64,000 bases of DNA from an uncultured Poribacteria bacterium (GTDB taxonomy: Bacteria > Poribacteria > WGA-4E > WGA-3G). Position numbers and translations under genes: made by a program. Where the stretch lies: NCBI GenBank assembly GCA_958296135.2, contig CATQHZ020000001.1, positions 1,920,001 through 1,984,000 of the forward strand, read 5' to 3'. Of the stretch, positions 51,813-61,791 are shown piece by piece. The first letter of the stretch is position 1; every line of letters begins with the position of its first letter. The notes below the pieces were generated by a model that saw nothing but the letters and a program-made list of their open reading frames with translations, did not search any database and had not been told where the DNA came from.

Positions 51813-54800
51813 ATGAAAAAGACACTCATTGCCGTTTTGACACTGCTCTTAACGGCCACACTCTTTATTTTTCTCACGAACACCACCGCCCAAGTGGAAG
51901 AAGTTGTGTCCATCCCAGATGCCAACTTAGCCGCGGCCATCCGCGATGCCCTCGGCAAATTGCCTTCCGGTGCGCCCATCACATCGCATGCGATGCTCAA
52001 TTTAACGAGTCTGTCCGCGCCGGGCAGTGGGATAACGGACCTCACTGGCCTGGAGTATGCAAGGAATCTGACAGGGTTGAACCTTGGCAGTGACTGGGTC
52101 GATGGTGAGTACTCCATCAATCCGATATCCGATTTGCGGGCACTTGCTGCCCTCACACAACTGACATGGCTGTATCTTAACTGGACGGCGGTATCGGATG
52201 TGGCACCTCTCGCAAAACTTACACAACTGACAGAACTGTATCTTCCCGGCACGGCGGTATCGGATGTGGCACCTCTCGCAAAACTTACACAACTGACAGA
52301 ACTGTATCTTGGCTCCACGGCGGTAGCGGATGTGGCACCTCTCGCACACCTCACACAACTGACATACCTGGATCTTGGCTCCACGGCGGTATCGGATGTG
52401 GCACCTCTCGCAAAACTTACACAACTGACATGGCTGTCTCTTGCCTCCACGGCGGTATCGGATGTGGCACCTCTCGCAAAACTTACACAACTGACAACGC
52501 TGTATCTTTCCTCCACGGCGGTATCGGATGTGGCACCTCTCGCAAAACTTACACAACTGACATACCTGGATCTTCGGAACTGCCCGTTGAATGCCGCCGC
52601 ACACCAGACGCATCTCCCCGCCATACAAGCAAACGGAACAGAGGTCGAATTTGATCCGTTTAAGCCGATCCACTTACCGCGGGTGCCAGGGCTCGTGTCC
52701 CTCATCTACTTCCGGCCCAGCGACCGCCCCGTTCGTCCCAACGTGGACGCTGAAATTGATGGCCTCATTAAGGAAGCCCAACGCTTCTTCGCCGACCAGT
52801 TAGAACTCCACGGATTCAAGAGAAAAACCTTCCAGTTTGAAACGGATGCGCACGGCAACGCCGTGGTGCATCACGTCAACGGGAAATTCACAGACGAGTA
52901 TTATCGTCGGGATAATGGTGGCTGGGGTGAAGAAATCAGTGAGCAGGTTCACGATCCAGATGGAAACATTACTGTCTATATGATAGATACCGATGGACCA
53001 CTACCTGGGGCTTGCGGGGTCGGTGGCGGTTCTCCTTATAGCGGTGGCGGTGCATCCATCTACTGTTGGGACTGGACCACCCTTGCGCATGAACTCGGGC
53101 ATGCGTTTGGAATGGGTTATCACGATTTCCGCGACGATGCCTATATCATGAGTTATGGGTATCAGTTTAGGCAAGAATTGTCTCCCTGCTTTGCGGCATG
53201 GTTAGATGTCCACCCCGCCTTCAACCCCGGTCAAATTTTTAGGGACAGTCGCTCGCAAATTCAGATGCTCCCCGCAACCCTCGTGGCTCCACCGAATACC
53301 ATCCGTCTCCGTTTTGCGGTAACCGCTCCGGCCGGATCTCTCCTTCAAGCCCGGTTGCTTACGCCAGAAAGGAGGAGACATCGCGACGGTAGTAAGTTTG
53401 ACACAGGCGGATTAGTCGGTTGTCAGCGACTGCAGGGGAATCCCACCCGCAGCACCGTCGAATTTGTGACTACCGCTTTGACACCTTATACCGAAAATGT
53501 ATATCTTCACGTTATCGGTACGGATGGCAGCGGACATGGGCAAAGGTTTCCCATTGATGTCTCTTCCCTATTGCCGCCTGCCAAACCTGTCTCCCTCCCC
53601 GATTCAAATTTGGCAGCGGCGGTGCGGGAGACACTCGGTTTGTCTTCCGGCGAAGCCATCACGACGCAGGCAATGCTAAGGTTAGATGCGCTTGAAGCCC
53701 CCAATCGCGGGATAAGAGCCCTCACCGGGCTGGAGCACGCAGTCAATTTGAGAGAGTTGAATCTGGGTGGTGAGTACGTTAGCGGCCAGGGGTCTGTCAA
53801 CAGCAATGCGATATCGGATTTTTCGCCGCTTGCAAAATTAGCCAAACTGCAAACTCTGTCTCTTCGCTTTACGCCTGGCTTGGCGGATGTAGCACCACTT
53901 GCAAACCTCACACAACTGACATACCTGTCTCTTGGCTCCACGGCGGTAGCGGATGTAGCACCACTTGCAAACCTCACACAACTGACATACCTGGATCTTG
54001 GCTGGACGGCGGTAGCGGATGTGGCACCCCTCGCAAAACTTACACAACTGACACACCTGAATCTTGGCTCCACGGCGGTATCGGATGTGGCACCCCTCGC
54101 AAAACTTACACAACTGACAACGCTGTGGCTTGGCTCCACGGCTGTATCGGATGTGGCACCTCTCGCAAAACTTACACAACTGACAGAACTGTATCTTGGC
54201 AACACGGCGGTAGCGGATGTGGCACCTCTCGCAAAACTTACACTACTGAAAAGGCTGCAGCTTCAAAACACGGCTGTATCGGATGTGGCACCCCTCGCAA
54301 AACTTACACTACTGACATACCTGAATCTTCAAAACACGGCTGTATCGGATGTGGCACCCCTCGCAAAACTTACACAACTGACATACCTGGATCTTCGGAA
54401 CTGCCCGTTGAATGCCGCCGCACACCAGACGCATCTCCCCGCCATACAAGCAAACGGAACAGAGGTCGACTTCGATCCGTTTGATGTTTCTGCCCTATTG
54501 CCGGCTGCCAAACCTGTCTCCCTCCCCGATTCAAATTTGGCAGCGGCGGTGCGGGAGGCACTCAGTTTGTCTTCCGGCGAAGCCATCACGACGCATGCAA
54601 TGCTAAGGTTAGATGTGCTTGAAGCCCCCAATGCCGAGATAAAAAATCTCACTGGGCTGGAGCATGCAGTCAATTTGACAGAGTTGGATCTGCGCGGCGA
54701 GTACGTCAGCGGTGAGGGGTGGGTCAACAGCAATGCGGTATCGGATTGGTCTCCGCTTGCAAAATTAGCCAAACTGACAACGCTGGCAATTCCCTATACA

Positions 54801-57800
54801 CCTGGCCTGGTGGATGTGGCACCCCTCGCAAAACTTACACTACTGACACACCTGAATCTTCGCGGCACGGCGGTATCGGATGTGGCACCTCTCGCAAAAC
54901 TTACACTACTGACATGGCTGTCTCTTGGCAGCACGGCGGTATCGGATGTGGCACCTCTCGCAAAACTTACACTACTGACAACGCTGAGGCTTGACGGCAC
55001 GGCGGTATCGGATGTGACCCCCCTGGCAAACCTTACACAACTGACACAACTGTATCTTTTCGACATGGCTGTATCGGATGTGGCACCTCTCGCAAAACTT
55101 ACACTACTGACAGAACTGTATCTTGGCAGCACGGCTGTAGCGGATGTGGCACCTCTCGCAAAACTTACACTACTGAAAAGGCTGCAGCTTCAAAACACGG
55201 CGGTATCGGATGTGGCACCTCTCGCAAAACTTACACTACTGACATACCTGAATCTTCAAAACACGGCTGTATCGGATGTGGCACCTCTCGCAAAACTTAC
55301 ACTACTGAGAGAGCTGGATCTTCGGAACTGCCCGTTGAATGCCGCCGCACACCAGACGCATCTCCCCGCCATACAAGCAAACGGAACAGAGGTCGACTTC
55401 GATCCGTTTGATGTTTCTGCCCTATTGCCGGCTGCCAAACCTGTCTCCCTCCCCGATTCAAATTTGGCAGCGGCGGTGCGGGAGACACTCAGTTTGTCTT
55501 CCGGCGAAGCCATCACGACGCATGCAATGCTAAGGTTAGATGTGCTTGATGCACGCAATGCCGAGATAAAAGATCTCACCGGGCTAGAGCATGCAGTCAC
55601 TTTGAAAGTGTTAGATCTGGGTAGTGAGTACGTCAGCGGCGAGGGGTGGGTCAACAGCAATGGGATAACCGATTTATCTGTCCTTTCCCATCTCACGCAA
55701 CTGACATCCCTGCGGCTTGGCAGGGAGACCCTCTCGAGTGCAGACGAAATCTCGGCGTTCGTGTCGTCGCTGCCACCTCTCAAACCTGTCTCCCTCCCCG
55801 ATTCAAATTTGGCAGCGGCGGTGCGGGAGACACTCAGTTTGTCTTCCGGCGAAGCCATCACGACGCATGCAATGCTAAGGTTAGATGTGCTTGAAGCCCC
55901 CAATGCCGAGATAAAAAATCTCACTGGGCTGGAGCATGCAGTCAATTTGACAGAGTTGCATCTGGGTGGCAATGGGATAACCGATTTATCTGTCCTTTCC
56001 CATCTCACGCAACTGACATCCCTGCGGCTTGGCAGGGAGACCCTCTCGAGTGCAGACGAAATCTCGGCGTTCGTGTCGTCGCTGCCACCTCTCAAACCTG
56101 TCTCCCTCCCCGATTCAAATTTGGCAGCGGCGGTGCGGGAGGCACTTGGACTCTCATCCGGCGAAGCCCTCACGACGCATGCAATGCTAAGGTTAGATGC
56201 GCTTGAAGCACGCAATGCCGAGATAAAAAATCTCACCGGGCTGGAGCATGCAGTCAATTTGACAGCGTTGAATCTGGGTGGTGAGTACATCAGCGGCGAG
56301 GGGGATGTCAACAGCAATGCGATATCGGATTTTTCGCCGCTTGCAAAATTAGCCAAACTGAAAACGCTGGAGCTTTACTCTACGCCTGGCTTGGTGGATG
56401 TGGCACCCCTGGCAAAACTCACACAACTGACAACGCTGAGGCTTAACCACACGGGGGTATCGGATGTGGCACCACTCGCAAATCTCACACAACTGAAAAC
56501 GCTGGATCTTGGCAGAACGGCGGTAGATGTGGCTTCCCTCGCAAAACTCACACAACTGAAAACGCTGGAGCTCTGGGAAACCGGTGTATTGGATGTGACC
56601 CCCCTGGCAAAACTCACACAACTGAAAACGCTGAATCTTAGCGACTCCGGTGTATCGGATGTGGCACCCCTGGCAAACCTCACGCAACTGACAAGGCTGG
56701 GTCTTGGCTTAACGGCGGTATCGGATGTGGCACCTCTCGCAAAACTTACACTACTGAAAACGCTGGGTCTTGACCACACGGCGGTATCGGATGTGGCACC
56801 ACTCGCAAAACTCACTCAACTGACATACCTGAATCTTTCCTACACGGCGGTATCGGATGTGGCACCCTTGTTAGGGATGAGTCCGGGAGAAGATTCTTGG
56901 CAGGGTCTGTATCTGCCAGGCTGCCCGCTGAGTTATGCCTCCCTCCACACGCATATTCCGGCGATACAGGCGAAGGGGATAGAGGTGGAATTTGACAACG
57001 TCGCGCATCCAGCCCTGCTGAAAATCTCCGGTGATGAACAGGAAGGCGCGGGGGACACGGCGTTGAAAAACCCGTTTGTCGTGGAGGCGATGGATGAACA
57101 CGGCAAGCCGATGGTCGGCAAGACTGTTCAGTTTGAGATTCTTGAAGGCGGCGGGAGACTCAGTGCCACCACGGTGAAAACGGATGCACGCGGTAAAGCA
57201 CGGATAACCCTCACGCTCGGTAGGGCTGCAGGAGTGAACAAAGTCAAGGCGACTGCCGAGGGGATTGAGTCTTGGGCGTTGTTTACAACGGTCGCGACGG
57301 AAGCGGCACCGCAATTGGCAGCGGATGTCAACGGCGATGGCGTGACAGACCTGGCAGATCTGGCCATCGTCGCGCAAGCGATGGGCAAACCTGTGCAAAA
57401 CCCTCGCGCGGATGTGAATGGAGATGGGGTTGTTGATGGTGAAGACTTCGCGTTTGTCGCTGCAGCCCTCGGTGAGGGCGAGGCGGCTGCACCGTCACAG
57501 GCCGTGCTCCCTGCAGGGCTCACGCTTGAAAAAGTGGAGTGGGCCCTGAATCTCTTGCATGCGGAGAACACCGGTTCTCCTGCGTTTCAGCGGGGGATAG
57601 CGAAATTGGAAGGATTTCTTGCGCTCCTGGTTCCGGAGAAGACGCTGCTGCTGGCGAACTACCCCAATCCGTTCAACCCAGAAACGTGGATACCCTATCA
57701 GTTGGCAACCCCTGCCGAGGTGACGGTGACAATTTACGCAGCGAACGGTGCGGTGGTGCGGACGTTAGCCCTCGGACATCAGCGTGCAGGAGACTATGCA

Positions 57801-57929
57801 AGCCGGTCTCGCGCGGCGTATTGGGATGGCAGGAATGAAGTCGGCGAGCGCGTTGCTAGCGGGGTGTATTTCTATACATTGCAGGCGGGGGATTTTGCGG
57901 CAACGCGGAAGATGCTTATCTTGAAATAG
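51813..57929 (+). CDS. Large exported internalin-like LRR protein with zinc-metalloprotease motif, Ig-like, dockerin-like and C-terminal FlgD-Ig/T9SS-like domains
   Basis: AGGAG then MKKTLIAV signal; 22-aa LRRs; HELGHAFGMGYH; ISGDEQ..TDARG Ig-like; DVNGDG x2; NYPNPFNPETWIP...RKMLILK. Confidence 0.9.
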   Translation: MKKTLIAVLTLLLTATLFIFLTNTTAQVEEVVSIPDANLAAAIRDALGKLPSGAPITSHAMLNLTSLSAPGSGITDLTGLEYARNLTGLNLGSDWVDGEYSINPISDLRALAALTQLTWLYLNWTAVSDVAPLAKLTQLTELYLPGTAVSDVAPLAKLTQLTELYLGSTAVADVAPLAHLTQLTYLDLGSTAVSDVAPLAKLTQLTWLSLASTAVSDVAPLAKLTQLTTLYLSSTAVSDVAPLAKLTQLTYLDLRNCPLNAAAHQTHLPAIQANGTEVEFDPFKPIHLPRVPGLVSLIYFRPSDRPVRPNVDAEIDGLIKEAQRFFADQLELHGFKRKTFQFETDAHGNAVVHHVNGKFTDEYYRRDNGGWGEEISEQVHDPDGNITVYMIDTDGPLPGACGVGGGSPYSGGGASIYCWDWTTLAHELGHAFGMGYHDFRDDAYIMSYGYQFRQELSPCFAAWLDVHPAFNPGQIFRDSRSQIQMLPATLVAPPNTIRLRFAVTAPAGSLLQARLLTPERRRHRDGSKFDTGGLVGCQRLQGNPTRSTVEFVTTALTPYTENVYLHVIGTDGSGHGQRFPIDVSSLLPPAKPVSLPDSNLAAAVRETLGLSSGEAITTQAMLRLDALEAPNRGIRALTGLEHAVNLRELNLGGEYVSGQGSVNSNAISDFSPLAKLAKLQTLSLRFTPGLADVAPLANLTQLTYLSLGSTAVADVAPLANLTQLTYLDLGWTAVADVAPLAKLTQLTHLNLGSTAVSDVAPLAKLTQLTTLWLGSTAVSDVAPLAKLTQLTELYLGNTAVADVAPLAKLTLLKRLQLQNTAVSDVAPLAKLTLLTYLNLQNTAVSDVAPLAKLTQLTYLDLRNCPLNAAAHQTHLPAIQANGTEVDFDPFDVSALLPAAKPVSLPDSNLAAAVREALSLSSGEAITTHAMLRLDVLEAPNAEIKNLTGLEHAVNLTELDLRGEYVSGEGWVNSNAVSDWSPLAKLAKLTTLAIPYTPGLVDVAPLAKLTLLTHLNLRGTAVSDVAPLAKLTLLTWLSLGSTAVSDVAPLAKLTLLTTLRLDGTAVSDVTPLANLTQLTQLYLFDMAVSDVAPLAKLTLLTELYLGSTAVADVAPLAKLTLLKRLQLQNTAVSDVAPLAKLTLLTYLNLQNTAVSDVAPLAKLTLLRELDLRNCPLNAAAHQTHLPAIQANGTEVDFDPFDVSALLPAAKPVSLPDSNLAAAVRETLSLSSGEAITTHAMLRLDVLDARNAEIKDLTGLEHAVTLKVLDLGSEYVSGEGWVNSNGITDLSVLSHLTQLTSLRLGRETLSSADEISAFVSSLPPLKPVSLPDSNLAAAVRETLSLSSGEAITTHAMLRLDVLEAPNAEIKNLTGLEHAVNLTELHLGGNGITDLSVLSHLTQLTSLRLGRETLSSADEISAFVSSLPPLKPVSLPDSNLAAAVREALGLSSGEALTTHAMLRLDALEARNAEIKNLTGLEHAVNLTALNLGGEYISGEGDVNSNAISDFSPLAKLAKLKTLELYSTPGLVDVAPLAKLTQLTTLRLNHTGVSDVAPLANLTQLKTLDLGRTAVDVASLAKLTQLKTLELWETGVLDVTPLAKLTQLKTLNLSDSGVSDVAPLANLTQLTRLGLGLTAVSDVAPLAKLTLLKTLGLDHTAVSDVAPLAKLTQLTYLNLSYTAVSDVAPLLGMSPGEDSWQGLYLPGCPLSYASLHTHIPAIQAKGIEVEFDNVAHPALLKISGDEQEGAGDTALKNPFVVEAMDEHGKPMVGKTVQFEILEGGGRLSATTVKTDARGKARITLTLGRAAGVNKVKATAEGIESWALFTTVATEAAPQLAADVNGDGVTDLADLAIVAQAMGKPVQNPRADVNGDGVVDGEDFAFVAAALGEGEAAAPSQAVLPAGLTLEKVEWALNLLHAENTGSPAFQRGIAKLEGFLALLVPEKTLLLANYPNPFNPETWIPYQLATPAEVTVTIYAANGAVVRTLALGHQRAGDYASRSRAAYWDGRNEVGERVASGVYFYTLQAGDFAATRKMLILK
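52150..56870 (+). repeat. Intragenic 66-bp tandem repeats in four clusters plus 927-bp and 312-bp block duplications
   Basis: Unit ACGGCGGTATCGGATGTGGCACCTCTCGCAAAACTTACACAACTGACA-NNN-CTG-NNN-CTT-NNNNNN; cap block at 52567/54388/55315; AATGGGATAACC at 55659/55971. Confidence 0.95.
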
Positions 57930-57959
57930 CGCGATTGGGAAGCGTGCCTACCGTCCCGC

Positions 57960-58235
57960 TTCCCCTTGTAGGCGAGCCCTCGGGTCTCGATCTCCCCGGC
58001 CCCTTGTAGGAGAGACCTCCTGGTCTCGATTTCCCCGGTAGGCGGGTCTCGATTTCCCCGGTAGGCGAGCCCTCCCGGCCTCAAATGCGTCGGATATCGG
58101 GACAAGGATGTCCCTCCTACAGGTCTCGATGCATTGGCTATCGGGACAAGGATGTCCCTCCTACGGTGGCTATCGGGACAAGGATGTCCCTCCTACGGAA
58201 GGATGGAAAGGGTGGCTATAGAAATCCGCCCTGAC
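57960..58235. repeat. Mosaic REP cluster (families B and C)
   Basis: Four GTAGG(C/A)GAG...GTCTCGAT-type units facing three TCGGGACAAGGATGTCCCTCCTAC units. Confidence 0.85.
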
Positions 58236-58254
58236 ACAAAAGGGAATCTCAATC

Positions 58255-59685
58255 ATGAAAAACGTTCTTGTCATTGACGACGATGAGAAAATCTGTTGGG
58301 CATTTGAGCAATTCCTTGAAGAGGAAGGCTACGCCCCTAGCATCTCCAACAATGCCGAAGAAGGCTTGCGCCGCATCGCCTCCGACAAACCGGACGTAGT
58401 CCTGCTTGACGTGAAGCTGCCGGGGATGAGCGGCTTGGAGGCACTGGCGCAAATCAAAGCGCGCCACCCGTGGGCAATCGTGATTATCATCACGGCGTAT
58501 GACGATGTGGAGACGACTGTGGAGGCGATGCGCTTACAGGCGTTTGATTTTGTCCCGAAGCCCATCGATCTGGATGTCGTGAAAAGCACTTTGGAGCGCG
58601 CCATCCGAACGCAATCTGTCCGCAGTGCCCTGCCTATTAAACCGACACGCAAACCACCGAAGGGACAACGAGGCCCTCGGCTCGTCGGAAAAAGCGACCA
58701 GATGCGCGAGATTTACAAACTCATCGGCATCATGGCAAGCAACACGATGACAGTGCTCATCGAAGGCGAAACCGGCACCGGGAAGGACCTGGTTGCAAGG
58801 GCGATTCACGCCGGCAGTGAACGGAAAGATATGCCGTTCGTGCCAGTCAACTGCGGTGCCATCCCCGATGACCTGTTGGAGAGCGAGTTGTTCGGCTATG
58901 AGGCAGGCGCGTTCACCGGCGCGAAAGCGGAAGGCAAACCCGGCCGGTTTGAACTCGCAAACGGCGGCACGCTCTTCCTCGATGAAGTCGCGAACATGAC
59001 ACCGGCGTTGCAGGTGAAACTCCTGCGCGCGCTGCAGACGCAAGAAATAGAGAGACTCGGTAGCACCCGCATCCTTAAAGTGGACGTGCGCGTCATCGCC
59101 GCCACTAACCAGGAACTCGGACAAATGGTCCAACTGGGAAGGTTCCGCGACGATCTCTATTACCGGTTCAAGCGCATCGCGCTTCACCTTCCGCCGTTGC
59201 GTGAACGGCGCGAGGATGTGCCAATGCTTATCACGCATTTTCTCCAACTCGCGCAAGACGAACTGAGGAAGCCTATCCGCGGCATTTCTGAAGAGGGAAT
59301 GGCGCTGCTCCGCCGCTACGAATGGCCAGGCAACATTCGGGAACTAGAGAATTGCATCAGGAGCGCGGCAACGCTCGCCCGCGCAGATGTCATCATGCCC
59401 GACGATCTGCCGATAGAAGTGCAGACCGGCAGCAGGCCAACCGCCAATGCATCGCCGCTGGCAGATTCCCTTAAAACTACCTTACACCGCATGATTCAGG
59501 AAGCCATCGCCGACGAAAAAAAGGAACTTTATGAGGAAGTCGTCGCGATGGTGGACAAGGTGCTTATCGGGCTTGTGTTAGATGAATTCTCGGGCAATCA
59601 TAGCAAAACGGCGGAGCTGCTCGGCATGAGCCGAACGACGCTGCTAAAGAAAATCAGACAGCATATTGAAGAACAGCCCCTTTAA
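58255..59685 (+). CDS. Sigma54-dependent NtrC-family response regulator
   Basis: Receiver DDD..D, GETGTGK, GAFTGA, FLDE, WPGNIREL, C-terminal HTH. Confidence 0.95.
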   Translation: MKNVLVIDDDEKICWAFEQFLEEEGYAPSISNNAEEGLRRIASDKPDVVLLDVKLPGMSGLEALAQIKARHPWAIVIIITAYDDVETTVEAMRLQAFDFVPKPIDLDVVKSTLERAIRTQSVRSALPIKPTRKPPKGQRGPRLVGKSDQMREIYKLIGIMASNTMTVLIEGETGTGKDLVARAIHAGSERKDMPFVPVNCGAIPDDLLESELFGYEAGAFTGAKAEGKPGRFELANGGTLFLDEVANMTPALQVKLLRALQTQEIERLGSTRILKVDVRVIAATNQELGQMVQLGRFRDDLYYRFKRIALHLPPLRERREDVPMLITHFLQLAQDELRKPIRGISEEGMALLRRYEWPGNIRELENCIRSAATLARADVIMPDDLPIEVQTGSRPTANASPLADSLKTTLHRMIQEAIADEKKELYEEVVAMVDKVLIGLVLDEFSGNHSKTAELLGMSRTTLLKKIRQHIEEQPL

Positions 59686-59752
59686 CCGTAGAGCGAGGGC
59701 CGTCACACCGTTTGGAGAAGCCTTACTCTATATTCACCGTAGGGCGAGGGCC

Positions 59753-59802
59753 GTTACGCCGAAACTTTGTCATCTCTGCAGCCTCACTGCAGAGATGTCC
59801 AC
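59753..59802 (+). mobile_element. 50-bp hairpin element inserted in a REP; second copy at 63155-63204
   Basis: GTTACGCCGAAAC-N5-CATCTCTGC.GCCTC.CTGCAGAGATGTCCAC in both places, exactly 50 bp, unrelated flanks. Confidence 0.6.
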
Positions 59803-59895
59803 TGTCCCTCGCTAGGTTGAAACTTCGCGGAGGACAGGCCCCCGCGCTACGGCAGCGAGAAGGAAATCAGCCGCCACGCTGCTTGGAGAAATATC

Positions 59896-60678
59896 ATGAA
59901 CCCATGGATCCGGATTGCACATCGTGGCGCATCGGGCACCGCACCGGAAAATACCCTCGCCGCCTTCAACAAAGCACTCGAAATCGGTGTGGATGCCGTT
60001 GAGTTTGACTTGCACGGAACCGCCGATGGGGAGATAGTCGTAATCCACGATGCCTCGTTGGACAGAACCACCAGCCTCAGTGGGCTCGTCAGTAAAAAGA
60101 AATTAGAAACGATTAAGTTCGCGGATGCAGGCGCATGGTTTCATCCTGATTTTAAAGGCGAGTGGGTCCCGCGGGCTGACGCTGCTGGCAGAGAGATTTT
60201 CTGGTTTCCTCCCGATGCAAAAGGGGAGCGCGTGCCGACACTTGAGGAAGCACTCGCATGCATCACGCCCAAGGCAACCGCGGTCGCCGAAATCAAAGAC
60301 CCGAGAATTAGCGAGCCTGTCATCTCAAAAATCCGAGAGGCAAACGCGCTAGACAAGGTAGTCATCATCTCTTTTCACACATCGGTGTTACAGGAGGTGC
60401 GCGCGCTGGAACCGCGCATCCCGACCGGGTGGCTCATCGGGGGACACACTAGCAGGGCATCGCCCGTCGACTTGTGCCAACAACTAAGTGAGTGCGGGTA
60501 CAATTTCCTGAACGTGAACCACCTGCTGATAACCGCTGAGTTCGCTTATGAAGTCCGGCGGCGCGGCACCGCGCTGTGGTGCTGGACTGTTGATGACATC
60601 GTCCGCATGCGCCAGATGAAGGCACTCGGTGTGCAGGGGATTACGTCAAATCATCCAGAGCGGTTCGCGAAGGTTTAA
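59896..60678 (+). CDS. Glycerophosphodiester phosphodiesterase
   Basis: AHRG, PENT, EFD, IHD, EIK, WTVD. Confidence 0.92.
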   Translation: MNPWIRIAHRGASGTAPENTLAAFNKALEIGVDAVEFDLHGTADGEIVVIHDASLDRTTSLSGLVSKKKLETIKFADAGAWFHPDFKGEWVPRADAAGREIFWFPPDAKGERVPTLEEALACITPKATAVAEIKDPRISEPVISKIREANALDKVVIISFHTSVLQEVRALEPRIPTGWLIGGHTSRASPVDLCQQLSECGYNFLNVNHLLITAEFAYEVRRRGTALWCWTVDDIVRMRQMKALGVQGITSNHPERFAKV

Positions 60679-60734
60679 CCTTTGTGCTGGTAGGCGCGGT
60701 TTGAAAGCGCGCCTACGGCGTTGGTTCTTCGGAA

Positions 60735-61622
60735 TTAATGCCGATACGATTCCCCAATCAGATTATTCGCAGCGCGGACTGGCCGGAAAAGCGTCTGCCG
60801 TTTCGCCGGCATCTCCGCGAATAACTTCGGATGCGGATCCCAGTCGTGCCACTTGCTATTCACCGTGTTATAACAGCTAAAAATAGCGAGCCGCTCGTTA
60901 TCCGCATTTGTCCATTGATGCGTGCTATGCGTCAACGCCTCCGTGAAAAAGAGCAACGAACCCGCCGGACACTCATACGTATCCCAAATCGGCGAGTCGG
61001 GTGTCTGAAGTGAATCAGGTGCAGTGTAGACTGCTTTATGACTTCCGGTGACGAACAGCGTCCCGCCTTGCCGATATTTGACTGGGTTGAGCTCCCACAC
61101 CACGCGAGTTAACCCGCTGTATGCCTTGCCGGGGATACACCGATAGAGGTGCGAATCGCCGGGAAAGCGCAACATACCGTTGCCGTTGTGCGGGCCGAAA
61201 TGTCCATCGCCTACCTTGCGGTAGAACATGTGGCACGATTCCATCCGGAACCCATAGCACTCTTGGCTGGATAACGCCGGGTGCGCGAGGAACTCGTTCA
61301 GAAACCCGACAACATGCGGATGGTCGGACAGCTTCTGCATCGGACCGCCGAGAGGGGAACGTTCGTGTTCCGGGATGGACTCCGGTTCATGATGGAGGCG
61401 GTAACCGAACTCCTGCATTTCCGCGAGTTCGTCGCCTGACAGAACGCCCGGCACCAGAAGCCACCCGCGCATGTCAAAGAGGTATTTCTGCTCCTGCGTC
61501 GGCGAGACAACCGGTGTACCATCGGAAGTTGTCACTGTCAACTCGGCATTCTCTATGTCAAGTGCCGAACCTAAATTTTTATCAACAATAAAAGGTTGGG
61601 TGTGCTGCAACTCTATTGCCAT
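60735..61622 (-). CDS. Phytanoyl-CoA dioxygenase (PhyH)-family protein
   Basis: YLFDMRGW, GSHK, AGSLLFFTEALTH. Confidence 0.8.
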   Translation of the reverse strand: MAIELQHTQPFIVDKNLGSALDIENAELTVTTSDGTPVVSPTQEQKYLFDMRGWLLVPGVLSGDELAEMQEFGYRLHHEPESIPEHERSPLGGPMQKLSDHPHVVGFLNEFLAHPALSSQECYGFRMESCHMFYRKVGDGHFGPHNGNGMLRFPGDSHLYRCIPGKAYSGLTRVVWELNPVKYRQGGTLFVTGSHKAVYTAPDSLQTPDSPIWDTYECPAGSLLFFTEALTHSTHQWTNADNERLAIFSCYNTVNSKWHDWDPHPKLFAEMPAKRQTLFRPVRAANNLIGESYRH

Positions 61623-61791
61623 GAGAGTCTTTCTCCTTTGCAATCAGCGAGGTTGCGAACCCCGCCTATGGATATAATACTAAATTATCTCTATAGTTCG
61701 CGCGATGGAAACGCGCGACGAGGACAGGCCCGCGCCCCACGGGCCTGCGATACGGTTGCAGAAATCAAGCAATCGTTTTTACCAATAGTTC

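Noticed and set aside
52150-55300. Repeat/variable pattern as a CRISPR array or DGR
   Set aside because: Period is 22 codons within an open frame, variation is codon-wise and not adenine-specific, and there is no cas or reverse transcriptase gene.
52002-56815. Antisense and alternative-frame ORFs with CQLCKFCERCH repeats resembling heme or zinc-finger proteins
   Set aside because: Shadow frames of the stop-poor 66-bp LRR repeats; the plus frame has an RBS, signal peptide and coherent domains.
58097-58196. Three identical 24-bp repeats as a mini-CRISPR
   Set aside because: Spacers are short and unequal, the units end in CTAC like REPs, and related units occur at 37372.
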